Below, piece by piece: positions 40,224 to 49,593 of a DNA stretch of 50,856 nucleotides; position 1 is the first letter of the stretch; each line of letters begins with the position of its first letter. The notes under the pieces were generated by a model, which was given only the letters and a program-made list of their open reading frames with translations, searched no databases and had not been told where the DNA came from. A program made the translations under genes and the position numbers. The DNA is taken from the NCBI GenBank assembly GCA_034660555.1, contig JAYEJL010000081.1, positions 1 to 50,856 of the forward strand, given 5' to 3'. This stretch comes from Thermotogota bacterium. GTDB taxonomy: Bacteria > Thermotogota > Thermotogae > Petrotogales > Kosmotogaceae.

Positions 40224-42674
40224 TTGAAACTATTCAAATTAATCGTTCTTATTTTAATTATACTTGTTGTGTCAACAATCCTTTTTTCCCAGCAAAGCGC
40301 TTTCAAGAATCTGGATTGGAAAGTAACAACCACTGATCACTTCAAAATTCTATATCCTGATGATGCTTCAGTTGCTGTAATGCCTATAAGAAGCGTCGCT
40401 GAAAACGCGCTGGAAACTTTCAAAGAAAGGTATCCATATCCCTTCGACGAATCTTTCGTAATCACGATTGACATTGTTAGCGATATACCCAGTATGAGTA
40501 TAGAAAACGATGGAAAATTGACCATTTCCTTGTATGGTATTCCCGATTACATAAATAAAGGTTGTTTTGAAACAGAATTAGTAACTACGCTCTACGAATT
40601 GTTCATAAGAAGTGTATCAAGAGACTTTGTTTCATTTACAAGAACAATGGCACTTCCTGATTTCTCTGTTAGCACATTCATGCCTTATTGGTTTATAAGA
40701 GGGCTGAGCGAAACACGACTGGGATACAACCTCAATGAAATTGACGATATTTATGTTTCACTGACAAAAAAAATATTGAATGATGGCGTTATGAACTACA
40801 CTACCCTTTATAACAGAACGAGTACTTCTGCAGTCTTTGGAATGGTTTTTGTCAACTATCTAGCAACCGAATACAACGTGGATAAGATATCATCACTGTT
40901 GAACTATATGAGTGGAATCAAAGGCTCTTTATCGTTAAATGTAGCGCTAGAGAACGTTTATGGCAAAAACCTTCAAACATTATTAAAGGAGCTTGAAGAA
41001 GATCTAGATAAAACCATTTGCAGCCAGAACATATACATTGATTCCGGAGACGAAAACGTTATTGATGCAATTGATACATTTGGAGGGAGTATATTTACGG
41101 TTCAGAGAGAATTCGATAGAACTTACACAAGGATCCTTAAAAATAACAAAGAGATCACATCTTTTACATCTATGGTATGGGACATTGCCGTTTATGGTGA
41201 TCAGATGATATACACTGTCATCAATAACGATTATGGAATTAGAACAACCAGGCTTGTCACAGAAAGAAATGGTACTATTATCAAAACTGGTTTTGAAAAC
41301 ATATCGGAGGTTACACTAATCAATGAAACCTATTGTGTAGGCATTAAGAACACCGGAGGTCTTCAGAACCTTGTAATAATAAACCTTGATGATAACAAAT
41401 CTCGAACAATTTACAGTAGCAAATCCTATGGAGATTATTTATCAGAGATTCGAAGTTCTCCTGGAGGAGAATATGTGGCCTTCAGGTTGGTTAATTCTTC
41501 AGGTAACTTCCTTGGTCTTTACAACCTCGTTGATGACAAAATATCATTTTACAAGATGGGATGTAACTTTACATGTGGGGAATTTTCAGAAGATGGATTG
41601 TTGTTAAGTACAAAAGGGGAACAGATGGATATTGCTCTTTTCGATCCCGAAGAAGGCTCACTTTACACCCTGGTTAAAGATAACGGGTACGGAATATTTC
41701 CATATTTTCTGAATGACGGAATTATTGAGCTTTCATGGCCCGAAAAAAATAAGTTGTTCTTCTATGTTCCAGACGATCCTGAAAAAGTTTCGGAAATAAA
41801 CAAACATTCTCCATTAACAGTAACTTCGTTCGAGGAATTCGACTTTAGAAAATATTCTGTTTTCAAAGATTGGTCTTTCGATGGCCTAACATTTGGAAAT
41901 TTAAAATTCGGGACAATTCACAACGATTTACTTGATGCGGTACAACTAGAAACAGCGTTTGGTTATTTCTCGAATATTAAATACCCCTCATTTGGTATGG
42001 AAACAAAACTACAGATTCTCGAAAGAACACCTATAAATATTGAATTGGATGCCAGATTAACGCTGTATGAAACGTTTCTTGATCTAACATTAGGCAATGA
42101 ATACACGTTAACAGATTTTCTTTCAATTGGATGGAATGTAAGAATTACGTCTTCCCCACAATTAAGTTTCGATGCCGTTGTTAGAGCTAAAGATTCTATA
42201 CCGGTTTTTGGTGGGCAATTTCTCCTTGACAGTTCAGTAAGTGGAGAAAGAATTATTTCAAACAATCTGGATGAAATAAAAATCGGACTTGGAGGAGATT
42301 TTGCATGGAACAAAGAAAATATTCAGATAGAAGCGCAATTTGGTACTAAGTTTTCAATCTCTGCAACTGAAACATATTCTCCTTTTGTATTTAACGATAT
42401 GTATTCAGATGAAATGATAGTATTTGGTTTACGGTTGGGTACAGAAATCAGACTGTCAAAACGCAATACAGGTATTCCTGCGATTGTTTATTTGACAGAT
42501 GAAGGTTTTGGAGCTTATTTATCCGGCCTCATTGATGGAGAGACTTTTCAATGGCGCTTCAAACTATACAAATACGAAACTATATATCCTTATCAATCTT
42601 TTCCTGTCAAAATTAAGGCAGGTATTGATTTACTGAACTTGAGAATATTGCCTTACCTCTCTCTCGAGTTTTGA
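40224..42674 (+). CDS. Large exported protein: peptidase MA-like N-domain, propeller-like middle, probable outer-membrane beta-barrel C-terminus
   Basis: Signal peptide; WKVTTTDHFKILYP; MPYWFIRGLSE; TolB-like SSPGGEYVAF; amphipathic strands ending LPYLSLEF. Confidence 0.55.
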   Translation: MKLFKLIVLILIILVVSTILFSQQSAFKNLDWKVTTTDHFKILYPDDASVAVMPIRSVAENALETFKERYPYPFDESFVITIDIVSDIPSMSIENDGKLTISLYGIPDYINKGCFETELVTTLYELFIRSVSRDFVSFTRTMALPDFSVSTFMPYWFIRGLSETRLGYNLNEIDDIYVSLTKKILNDGVMNYTTLYNRTSTSAVFGMVFVNYLATEYNVDKISSLLNYMSGIKGSLSLNVALENVYGKNLQTLLKELEEDLDKTICSQNIYIDSGDENVIDAIDTFGGSIFTVQREFDRTYTRILKNNKEITSFTSMVWDIAVYGDQMIYTVINNDYGIRTTRLVTERNGTIIKTGFENISEVTLINETYCVGIKNTGGLQNLVIINLDDNKSRTIYSSKSYGDYLSEIRSSPGGEYVAFRLVNSSGNFLGLYNLVDDKISFYKMGCNFTCGEFSEDGLLLSTKGEQMDIALFDPEEGSLYTLVKDNGYGIFPYFLNDGIIELSWPEKNKLFFYVPDDPEKVSEINKHSPLTVTSFEEFDFRKYSVFKDWSFDGLTFGNLKFGTIHNDLLDAVQLETAFGYFSNIKYPSFGMETKLQILERTPINIELDARLTLYETFLDLTLGNEYTLTDFLSIGWNVRITSSPQLSFDAVVRAKDSIPVFGGQFLLDSSVSGERIISNNLDEIKIGLGGDFAWNKENIQIEAQFGTKFSISATETYSPFVFNDMYSDEMIVFGLRLGTEIRLSKRNTGIPAIVYLTDEGFGAYLSGLIDGETFQWRFKLYKYETIYPYQSFPVKIKAGIDLLNLRILPYLSLEF

Positions 42675-42719
42675 AGGGTTAGAAGGCGTAGATGATAAAA
42701 TTTTTGAGGAGGGTCATAT

Positions 42720-43037
42720 ATGAAAATTAATGAGATTCTTGAAAAAGTAAAAAACAGGTTTGACAAAGAAAAAGCTGGAGATTTTAGAGGTTCTTTCAGT
42801 TTTGAAATAGAGGGCGGTGACCCAAAAGTATTCACACTTTCAGTAATAGATGACGGCCTTGAAATAACCGAAAAGATAGAAGATTCAGCTGACTGTATTA
42901 TTAAAACAGACCTGGATACCTTTTCTGACATAGTTAATGGTGAAAAGAGCCCTATAAGCGAATATATGAAGGGAAAGCTAAAAATCAAGGGTAACCTGGG
43001 GTCTGCTCTTAAGTTAAACGAACTGTTTTTCTCTTGA
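42720..43037 (+). CDS. SCP2 sterol/lipid-binding domain protein
   Basis: ADCIIKTDLDTFSDIVNG, YMKGKLKIKGNLGSALKL. Confidence 0.9.
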   Translation: MKINEILEKVKNRFDKEKAGDFRGSFSFEIEGGDPKVFTLSVIDDGLEITEKIEDSADCIIKTDLDTFSDIVNGEKSPISEYMKGKLKIKGNLGSALKLNELFFS

Positions 43038-43076
43038 ATCTAAATATTACAGCGTTATCAATATGGAGGTGAAAAA

Positions 43077-43424
43077 ATGAAAAAAGTAGCGGTTCTGGCT
43101 TTTCGGGGTGAAAAGAATTGCTTTTATCATGCCTTATTGAATACTCTTGATATGAAAGAACGTGGTATGGACGTTTCCTTGATCATTGAAGGACAGGCAA
43201 CAAAACTAATCTCTGAACTGATAAAACCTGAGTACCCACTTCACGATTTATATAAACAAATAAAAGAACAACACCTTATAAGCGCAGTTTGCTTTGGGTG
43301 TTCAAAAATGATGGGAACACTGGATATAGTCAAAGATGAGCGCTTACCAATCTCAGGTGAAATGTCTGGTCATGTACCCGTTGGAGAATACGTACTTGCA
43401 GGTTATGAAGTAGTAACATTTTAG
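43077..43424 (+). CDS. DsrE family protein
   Basis: CFYHALLN, VSLIIEGQATKL, AVCFGCS, GHVP, GYEVVTF. Confidence 0.75.
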   Translation: MKKVAVLAFRGEKNCFYHALLNTLDMKERGMDVSLIIEGQATKLISELIKPEYPLHDLYKQIKEQHLISAVCFGCSKMMGTLDIVKDERLPISGEMSGHVPVGEYVLAGYEVVTF

Positions 43425-43435
43425 GAGGAATTAAA

Positions 43436-44077
43436 TTGAGAAAAGAACTTTATTTCTGGAAATATAAATCACTCTCGGATGTTCTTATAAAGAATTTTGA
43501 AGAGAGAGCAATAAAGGCTGAATTTGTTTCTGATGCTGAATCAGCAAAAGAAAAAGTGAAATCCTTGCTACCAGAAGGTACTTCAGTTGCAGTTGGCGGT
43601 TCGTTAACACTTGAAGAAACTGGTATACTGGAACTTTTAAGAAATGGTAACTATGATTTCAAAGATAGATATGCAGCAAAAACAGCAGAAGAGAAGAAAA
43701 AGGTTAGTCTTGAAAATTACCATGTAGAATGCTTTTTATGCAGTGCAAACGCAATAACGATTAGAGGGGAAATTGTTCAGTGTGATGGACTTGGAACAAG
43801 AGTTTCCCCGATGCTATACGGACCTAACAGAGTAATTATTGTGGCTGGAATGAACAAAGTAGTGAATGATCTTGAGGCAGCACTGGATAGGATACGTTAT
43901 ATAGCCCCCATGAATGCAAAAAGACTAAAGCTTAAAACGCCATGTGTAGATACAGGAATATGTACAGATTGCAGTTCTCATAACAGAATTTGCGAAAACT
44001 ATGTAGTGGTTTCAGATAGTCATTTCTCTCCCGATCACTTCACGGTAATCCTTGTAGGTGAAGATTTAGGACTCTAA
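43436..44077 (+). CDS. LUD-domain (LutC/YkgG-like) protein
   Basis: VGGSLTL, SANAIT, DGLGTRV, VAGMNKVV, Cys cluster TPCVDTGICTDCSSHNRIC. Confidence 0.85.
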   Translation: MRKELYFWKYKSLSDVLIKNFEERAIKAEFVSDAESAKEKVKSLLPEGTSVAVGGSLTLEETGILELLRNGNYDFKDRYAAKTAEEKKKVSLENYHVECFLCSANAITIRGEIVQCDGLGTRVSPMLYGPNRVIIVAGMNKVVNDLEAALDRIRYIAPMNAKRLKLKTPCVDTGICTDCSSHNRICENYVVVSDSHFSPDHFTVILVGEDLGL

Positions 44078-44092
44078 ACAGGAGGTGGTATC

Positions 44093-44362
44093 ATAAAAAC
44101 ACTCAAAGTAACCTTATTTGGAAGAGTACAGGGTGTTGGATTCAGATATTACGCCACCAGAAAGGCCAGATCCCTAAATGTTACTGGATATGTAAGAAAT
44201 AAACCTGATGGATCAGTTGAGGTTGTTGCAACCGCCGATGAAAAAACGCTGGAAAAGTTCGTTGAATTACTTTCACAGGGCCCTCTTACCGGCCATGTAA
44301 CGAAAGTTGAAAAGGAAGAACTTCCATTAAAAAAGTTTTCTACGTTTGAAGTGCAGTTATAA
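44093..44362 (+). CDS. acyP: Acylphosphatase (absent from ORF track; non-canonical ATA start)
   Basis: Manual translation IKTLKVTLFGRVQGVGFRYYATRKARSLNVTGYVRNKPDGSVEVVA...QGP...FSTFEVQL*, 89 aa; SD AGGAGGTG at 44080-44087. Confidence 0.93.
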   Translation: MKTLKVTLFGRVQGVGFRYYATRKARSLNVTGYVRNKPDGSVEVVATADEKTLEKFVELLSQGPLTGHVTKVEKEELPLKKFSTFEVQL

Positions 44363-44435
44363 TTAAAATAAAATTTAACACATTAATTACTCATTAGCAT
44401 TCTGAATGAAGTAATATTGAATGAGGAGTGATGTT

Positions 44436-45197
44436 TTGAGAATACTTTTAACAAACGATGATGGAATAATGGCCCAGGGCATAAGAACATTAGCCCGATG
44501 TTTGTCAAAAGAACACAATGTGCTGGTTGTAGCGCCTGAAGTTGAACGCAGTGCTACTGGTCATGCCATTACGATTCGAACACCATTATGGGCTAAGGAA
44601 GTCAAACTTGGTGAAGAAGACATAGGATATGCTATAAATGGTACCCCTGCAGACTGCGTGAAATTGGGGCTTCTGGCTATGGCTGAAGGAAAAATTGATC
44701 TAGTTATCAGCGGGATCAATAAAGGTCCAAATCTTGGAACAGATGTTCTTTACTCTGGCACCGTTTCTGGTGCGCTGGAAGGTGCTGTCACAGGAATACC
44801 TTCAATAGCGGTCTCCGCTGAGAACTTCAATGAACCTTATTTTGAGACAGCAGCGAATTTTATGATAGAATTTTTGAGGCGATTTGACATAACAGAAATA
44901 CCAGAACTCACAGCTTTAAATATAAATGTTCCATCAGTTCCATTACATGAAATAAAAGGCTGGAAAGTAACTCGTCAGAGTAAACGCAGGTATAAATCTG
45001 ATTTTGAAAGAAGAAAGGATCCACACGGAAATGATTATTATTGGATGATCGGTGAATACATAGAAGACGATCCCGGCAAGGACTCTGATTATGCAGCGGT
45101 TAGTGATAGATGTGTTTCTATTACTCCAATACACGTTCTTATGCAAAATAATGATTATATGGAGACACTGAGAAAGAAGATAGAGGAGGTAAAATAA
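44436..45197 (+). CDS. surE: 5'/3'-nucleotidase SurE
   Basis: RILLTNDDG, NGTPADCV, SGINKGPNLG, YSGTV. TTG 44436 after AGGAGTG (track 44421). Confidence 0.96.
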   Translation: MRILLTNDDGIMAQGIRTLARCLSKEHNVLVVAPEVERSATGHAITIRTPLWAKEVKLGEEDIGYAINGTPADCVKLGLLAMAEGKIDLVISGINKGPNLGTDVLYSGTVSGALEGAVTGIPSIAVSAENFNEPYFETAANFMIEFLRRFDITEIPELTALNINVPSVPLHEIKGWKVTRQSKRRYKSDFERRKDPHGNDYYWMIGEYIEDDPGKDSDYAAVSDRCVSITPIHVLMQNNDYMETLRKKIEEVK

Positions 45198-45688
45198 TGA
45201 CTATAAGAATCCTTGGTGATCCTGTATTAAGGGAAAAAAGTGAGAGGGCCACGAAATTTGATGAGAATCTTCATACATTTATCAAAAATCTCACAGAAAT
45301 CATGTACAGAGATGATGGTGTAGGATTGGCTGCACCACAAGTAGGTATTCTAAAAAGAGTATTTGTTTTTGATGACGGTGAGGGAAGTAAAGCAATAATT
45401 AATCCTGAAATAATCGAGACAAGTGCTGAAATGACAGAAATAGAAGAAGGTTGTCTCAGTATACCAGATGTTTATGCAAACGTGATAAGACCTAAATGGG
45501 TTAGAATGGTTTACCAGGATGAAAACGGCGAAGGCCACGAAAAGATCTTTGATAATTACAGTGGAAGAATTGTTCAACATGAAAGTGATCATCTGAATGG
45601 AATTTTGTTCATAGACAGGATTTCCAATGCAAAAAAAATACTGCTAAAACCAAAACTAAATGCGATAAAAAGGAAATCCGCAACATGA
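45197..45688 (+). CDS. def: Peptide deformylase
   Basis: GVGLAAPQVG, EGCLS, QHESDHLNG. Confidence 0.97.
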   Translation: MTIRILGDPVLREKSERATKFDENLHTFIKNLTEIMYRDDGVGLAAPQVGILKRVFVFDDGEGSKAIINPEIIETSAEMTEIEEGCLSIPDVYANVIRPKWVRMVYQDENGEGHEKIFDNYSGRIVQHESDHLNGILFIDRISNAKKILLKPKLNAIKRKSAT

Positions 45689-46623
45689 AAATCGTTTTTA
45701 TGGGAACTCCTGATTTTGCAGCACATCATCTAAAAGCGTTAGTAGAAGATGGCTGGAATGTAACGGGCGTTTTTTCACAACCTGATAAACCTAAGGGTCG
45801 TGGCCGAAAAGTCAAACCAACACCTGTAAAAAATACAGCACTTAACTATGGTTTAAAGGTTTATCAACCGCGTTCTGTTAACAAAAACGAAGGGTTTCTA
45901 TTTCTAAAGGATTGTAATCCTGATCTGATAATTACAGTAGCCTATGGCAAATTACTGAAATCAAAAGTCTTTGAGTTGCCAGAGTTAGGTACTTACAATA
46001 TCCATGCTTCCTTGTTACCTAAATATAGAGGAGCTGCGCCTGTACAAAGAACACTAGAAAATGATGAAAAAGAAACAGGCATAACGATATTTAAGATTGA
46101 TGAGGGGATGGACAGCGGACCCATAGCTCTTCAAAAAAAGATTGAAATTACTGACACAGATACTTTTGGAACTTTGCATAACCGACTCGCGGTTCTTGGT
46201 GTTAAATCACTACTGGAATTTTTGAAGCTACTAAAAACAGATCAGGTAGAGCTGAAAGAACAGGATGATGAAAAGGCTACATTTGCTCCTAAAATTGAAA
46301 AAAATGACACAGTTATAGATAGTTTTAATAGAAATTGCAGAATTGTATTCAACAAAATCAGAGCCTTTGATCCGGTCCCTGGAGTGATAACAAAACTAAA
46401 TGGACAAAAGTTAAAATTATTTAAAGCATCGATAAAAGAGGGCACTCCTTCCAACCCCGGAGAAATTGTTTCTGTAACAAAAAGAGGTATGATTGTAAGT
46501 TGTAAATATGGACTGATAAATGTTGCTGAAATTCAGTTCGCTGGAAAAAAGCGAATGAGCCCCTGGCAAGCGAAGGCAGGCCGTTTGATAAATGAAGGAG
46601 CGTTGTTAGGAGGAAACAACTAG
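45685..46623 (+). CDS. fmt: Methionyl-tRNA formyltransferase
   Basis: FMGTPDFA, QPDKPKGRG, NIHASLLPKYRGAAP, MDSG. Confidence 0.97.
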   Translation: MKIVFMGTPDFAAHHLKALVEDGWNVTGVFSQPDKPKGRGRKVKPTPVKNTALNYGLKVYQPRSVNKNEGFLFLKDCNPDLIITVAYGKLLKSKVFELPELGTYNIHASLLPKYRGAAPVQRTLENDEKETGITIFKIDEGMDSGPIALQKKIEITDTDTFGTLHNRLAVLGVKSLLEFLKLLKTDQVELKEQDDEKATFAPKIEKNDTVIDSFNRNCRIVFNKIRAFDPVPGVITKLNGQKLKLFKASIKEGTPSNPGEIVSVTKRGMIVSCKYGLINVAEIQFAGKKRMSPWQAKAGRLINEGALLGGNN

Positions 46624-46835
46624 TGGCACGAGTCATAAAAATGTATCAGGTGGGAAAACTTAACAGCAAGGAAGATGAAAAAGTTATAAAGGGTTTGTTG
46701 GAAGAATATTCCGGAATAACAATGGTTAATCCTATTAGTGACTTTGGCATACTGGAAATTGAATATGAAGAAGCTCTTGTCAGTCGCGAAACAATCGCTA
46801 ACGTGCTTAAAGAAAAAGGTTACGAACTAAAGTGA
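46623..46835 (+). CDS. Small HMA-fold-like protein lacking CxxC
   Basis: 70 aa, SD AGGAGG, pattern LEIEYEEALVSRETIANVLKEKGY resembles the CopZ C-terminal half; no Cys. Confidence 0.6.
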   Translation: MARVIKMYQVGKLNSKEDEKVIKGLLEEYSGITMVNPISDFGILEIEYEEALVSRETIANVLKEKGYELK

Positions 46836-46847
46836 AGTTCTTCAGTA

Positions 46848-46876
46848 TTGACAAAGTACCCGGGTCAAGTTATAAT
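46848..46876 (+). promoter_or_regulatory. Consensus sigma70 promoter of tRNA-Leu
   Basis: TTGACA (46848-46853), 17 bp spacer, TATAAT (46871-46876). Confidence 0.9.
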
Positions 46877-46891
46877 CTAACCGTCTGATGA

Positions 46892-46980
46892 GCCGAGGTG
46901 GTGGAATTGGCAGACACGCATGGTTGAGGGCCATGTGAACGTTTTAGTTCGTGCGGGTTCAAGTCCCGCCCTCGGCACCA
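46892..46980 (+). tRNA. tRNA-Leu (anticodon GAG)
   Basis: Acceptor GCCGAGG/CCTCGGC+ACCA, anticodon arm CATGG-TTGAGGG-CCATG, long variable arm, GGTTCAAGTCC T-arm. Confidence 0.97.
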
Positions 46981-46984
46981 AACA

Positions 46985-47014
46985 AACCGGGTCAAAAACC
47001 CGGTTATTTTTTTT
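46985..47014 (+). terminator. Intrinsic terminator after tRNA-Leu
   Basis: AACCGGGT-CAAAA-ACCCGGTT followed by A and a T8 run. Confidence 0.88.
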
Positions 47015-47109
47015 GAGGTGATCCTCTGAAACAGATATTTCTTTGTACCACTTATAAAAGCAAGGGCAAAATAAAAGTCAAATGTTTTTCTCTGCAGGAA
47101 AGTAAAAGA

Positions 47110-49593
47110 ATGAGTGCAGATTATGAGGATTTTGACAGCTTTCTTGAACAAAAAGGTAATCCTCCATTCTTTGCATATGAGGAAAATATGACAAGTCCTT
47201 TAAAAAACCATGAGTTTTGTGTCGACAAGCAATTTTTACAGAATTATGTAAAAACAGACGATTGTGACATTGAAAAATACGTCTCAGAAGTCGTTGATTT
47301 GCTGAAAACTCTACCTTCAAGCAGTCTGGAACTTCTTGATAGCCTTTACAGTGGTTCAAAAGGAACTTACGAATTTATAAAAATGTGTATCAAAGATAGC
47401 AAGGATAATTCCTCCTGGCAAGATGCCCTGTGCAGAAATGTTAAAACGATGAAAGCAAGAGAAGACAATTATAAAGGTTTGGATACTTTGAAAAGTGTCA
47501 GGATGATATTTGGTGAAGGGGGCATTTTACAGGATCATTTAAACTATTACGAGTATCGTCAGGAACAGTTTATGACTGCAATGGAAATCGCCGAGACCAT
47601 CGATCATGGCAAAGGATTGTTGTTGGAAGCTGGAACAGGAACAGGTAAATCACTGGCATATCTTGTCCCGGTAGCCTACAACTCACTTTCAAAAAACGAA
47701 AAGGCTATTATTTCTACAAGAACCCGAACGCTTCAGGACCAGCTAATAAACAACGATGTAAAAATACTAAAGAAACTTCCTGATCTAGAGCAACTCAAAG
47801 TAATCGTTCTCAAAGGAAGGGAGCGATATATTTGCACAAAGAAACTGTTTGAAGAACTACAGTTATCTAATAGCATGCGTACTAAAGAAGAACGTATGAC
47901 TTTTCTGGGAGTGACACTCTGGTCATTTTTAACCAATACAGGCGATCTTGATGAAATCTCAATAAAACCTCTATATAGAGAGCGTTTAATAACAGATAGG
48001 TTCGCCTGCCTTAGAAAATTTTGTGCATTTTACGATAGATGCCCATATTATATAACAAGAGCAAATGCTAAGAATTCCGATATAACGATTACAAATCACT
48101 CTTTGTTGTTTAATGAGGCAGCCATAAGATTGGCTGACGGGGAATCCGATGGTGATGATTCTGATGGCATTTTACTCCCTAAATTTGATGTGCTAGTAGC
48201 TGACGAGGCACATGAAATTGAAAATTCAATAACCGATGCTATGAGTTTTAATATTAATCCATATTCAGTAGCAAAAACAAACAAAAGTGGGTTTTCAGTT
48301 GTAAGAGAGATTATAAAATTTATCAAAGATAAGGCTGACAAAGAATTTTTACAGGCTGCTTATGAGCGCGCCAAAAAACTTGGTTCAGCCATTGAAGATA
48401 ATCTGAAAACTATGGTTATCTTCGGTGAAGAGCTCTCACCAGGCGAAAGAAAACCCCTAGAAAATGATAAACTTGAACAATTTTTTGATGTTTTGAAGGA
48501 AACGGAAGATCTCATAAGAAAAGTAAAATCACTGTTAGTACAACTAATTGGATCATTAGAAGATATACAGGAAGAGGAAGATAGTGACAACCCTGCACTA
48601 ACCGGCGTGAAGCTTCGTGGACAAACACAGCTGGGAGAAATTGATGAAATACTATATAATTTTTTGGGGTTTGAATCCGCTGAAGATTCCTACATTCATT
48701 ACTTTCAGAAAGTAACAAAGGGCGATTCTCGATATCTTGTTTTTTCTGCATCACCCATCGTAAATGAAAGCATGGCTTCAAAAATATTCCCCGAAGTGGG
48801 AACAAAAATATTCATTTCAGCTACATTGTGGGTTCATAGCAAGGGAAGCGATGGTTTCAACTATACCAGAAGGGTACTTGGTATTGATGAACAATTCCCA
48901 TCGGTCAAGCTTGGTACCTCTTTTGACTATTCAAAACAGTTAAGATTTTTTGTAGCTAAAGATATGCCTGCTTATGCACCTAGAAGCAATCATTATCTTG
49001 GAAACGGTGCAGAGTTTGTAAAAGATATACTCGAAGTCACCGGTGGTGGCGCAATGGTACTTTTCACTTCATATAGAGATTTGAACATAGTAGCAAGCTT
49101 TCTGAATAACAACTTAAATGATTTAAACTTACGTATTCAAGAACAATATGATAGCCCCAGCGCCATTCTTGAAGGGCATATGTCAGATGAAAAGTCAGTA
49201 ATACTTGGAGTAAGAACCTTCTGGGAAGGAATAGATTTACCAGGAGAGCATCTTAAAATCCTGATTTTGTTCAAATTACCCTTTGACAGACCAGATGATC
49301 CATTGCTAGATTCACGCATTCGACATTATGGAACCAAAAACTATGTAGAAGGATTGCATAAATACTACTATCCAAAAATGATCACTTCCTTCCGTCAGGG
49401 CCTTGGAAGATTGATAAGAACTAAGAATGACAGAGGAAGCGTAATAATACTTGATAAACGTATTGTCGATCCAAAAAAGAACTATTCAAGGAAGCTTGTA
49501 AACTCACTTCCCCCAGAAATGAAGATAGAAATCCTCGAAAGAAAGAAAATTATCACGCAATTAAGAAAACTGAAAAGAGAAAAATGGTTATAG
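47110..49593 (+). CDS. dinG: DinG/XPD family Fe-S ATP-dependent helicase
   Basis: EYRQEQ Q-motif, EAGTGTGKS, four Cys (YIC...ACLRKFCAFYDRCPY), DEAH, SATL, FWEGIDLPG, QGLGRLIR. The real start may be CTG 47026. Confidence 0.92.
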   Translation: MSADYEDFDSFLEQKGNPPFFAYEENMTSPLKNHEFCVDKQFLQNYVKTDDCDIEKYVSEVVDLLKTLPSSSLELLDSLYSGSKGTYEFIKMCIKDSKDNSSWQDALCRNVKTMKAREDNYKGLDTLKSVRMIFGEGGILQDHLNYYEYRQEQFMTAMEIAETIDHGKGLLLEAGTGTGKSLAYLVPVAYNSLSKNEKAIISTRTRTLQDQLINNDVKILKKLPDLEQLKVIVLKGRERYICTKKLFEELQLSNSMRTKEERMTFLGVTLWSFLTNTGDLDEISIKPLYRERLITDRFACLRKFCAFYDRCPYYITRANAKNSDITITNHSLLFNEAAIRLADGESDGDDSDGILLPKFDVLVADEAHEIENSITDAMSFNINPYSVAKTNKSGFSVVREIIKFIKDKADKEFLQAAYERAKKLGSAIEDNLKTMVIFGEELSPGERKPLENDKLEQFFDVLKETEDLIRKVKSLLVQLIGSLEDIQEEEDSDNPALTGVKLRGQTQLGEIDEILYNFLGFESAEDSYIHYFQKVTKGDSRYLVFSASPIVNESMASKIFPEVGTKIFISATLWVHSKGSDGFNYTRRVLGIDEQFPSVKLGTSFDYSKQLRFFVAKDMPAYAPRSNHYLGNGAEFVKDILEVTGGGAMVLFTSYRDLNIVASFLNNNLNDLNLRIQEQYDSPSAILEGHMSDEKSVILGVRTFWEGIDLPGEHLKILILFKLPFDRPDDPLLDSRIRHYGTKNYVEGLHKYYYPKMITSFRQGLGRLIRTKNDRGSVIILDKRIVDPKKNYSRKLVNSLPPEMKIEILERKKIITQLRKLKREKWL

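Noticed and set aside
46860..46995. 9-bp direct repeat CCGGGTCAA flanking tRNA-Leu
   Set aside because: One copy is in the promoter spacer and the other in the terminator stem; too short to distinguish from chance and no mobility gene is associated.
1473..49319. Numerous 60-130 aa antisense or alternate-frame ORFs from the track (e.g. 1473-1853, 2570-2959, 6748-7134, 27671-28069)
   Set aside because: They lie within well-supported genes, are Ser/Phe/Leu-rich shadow frames, and show no SD or motifs.
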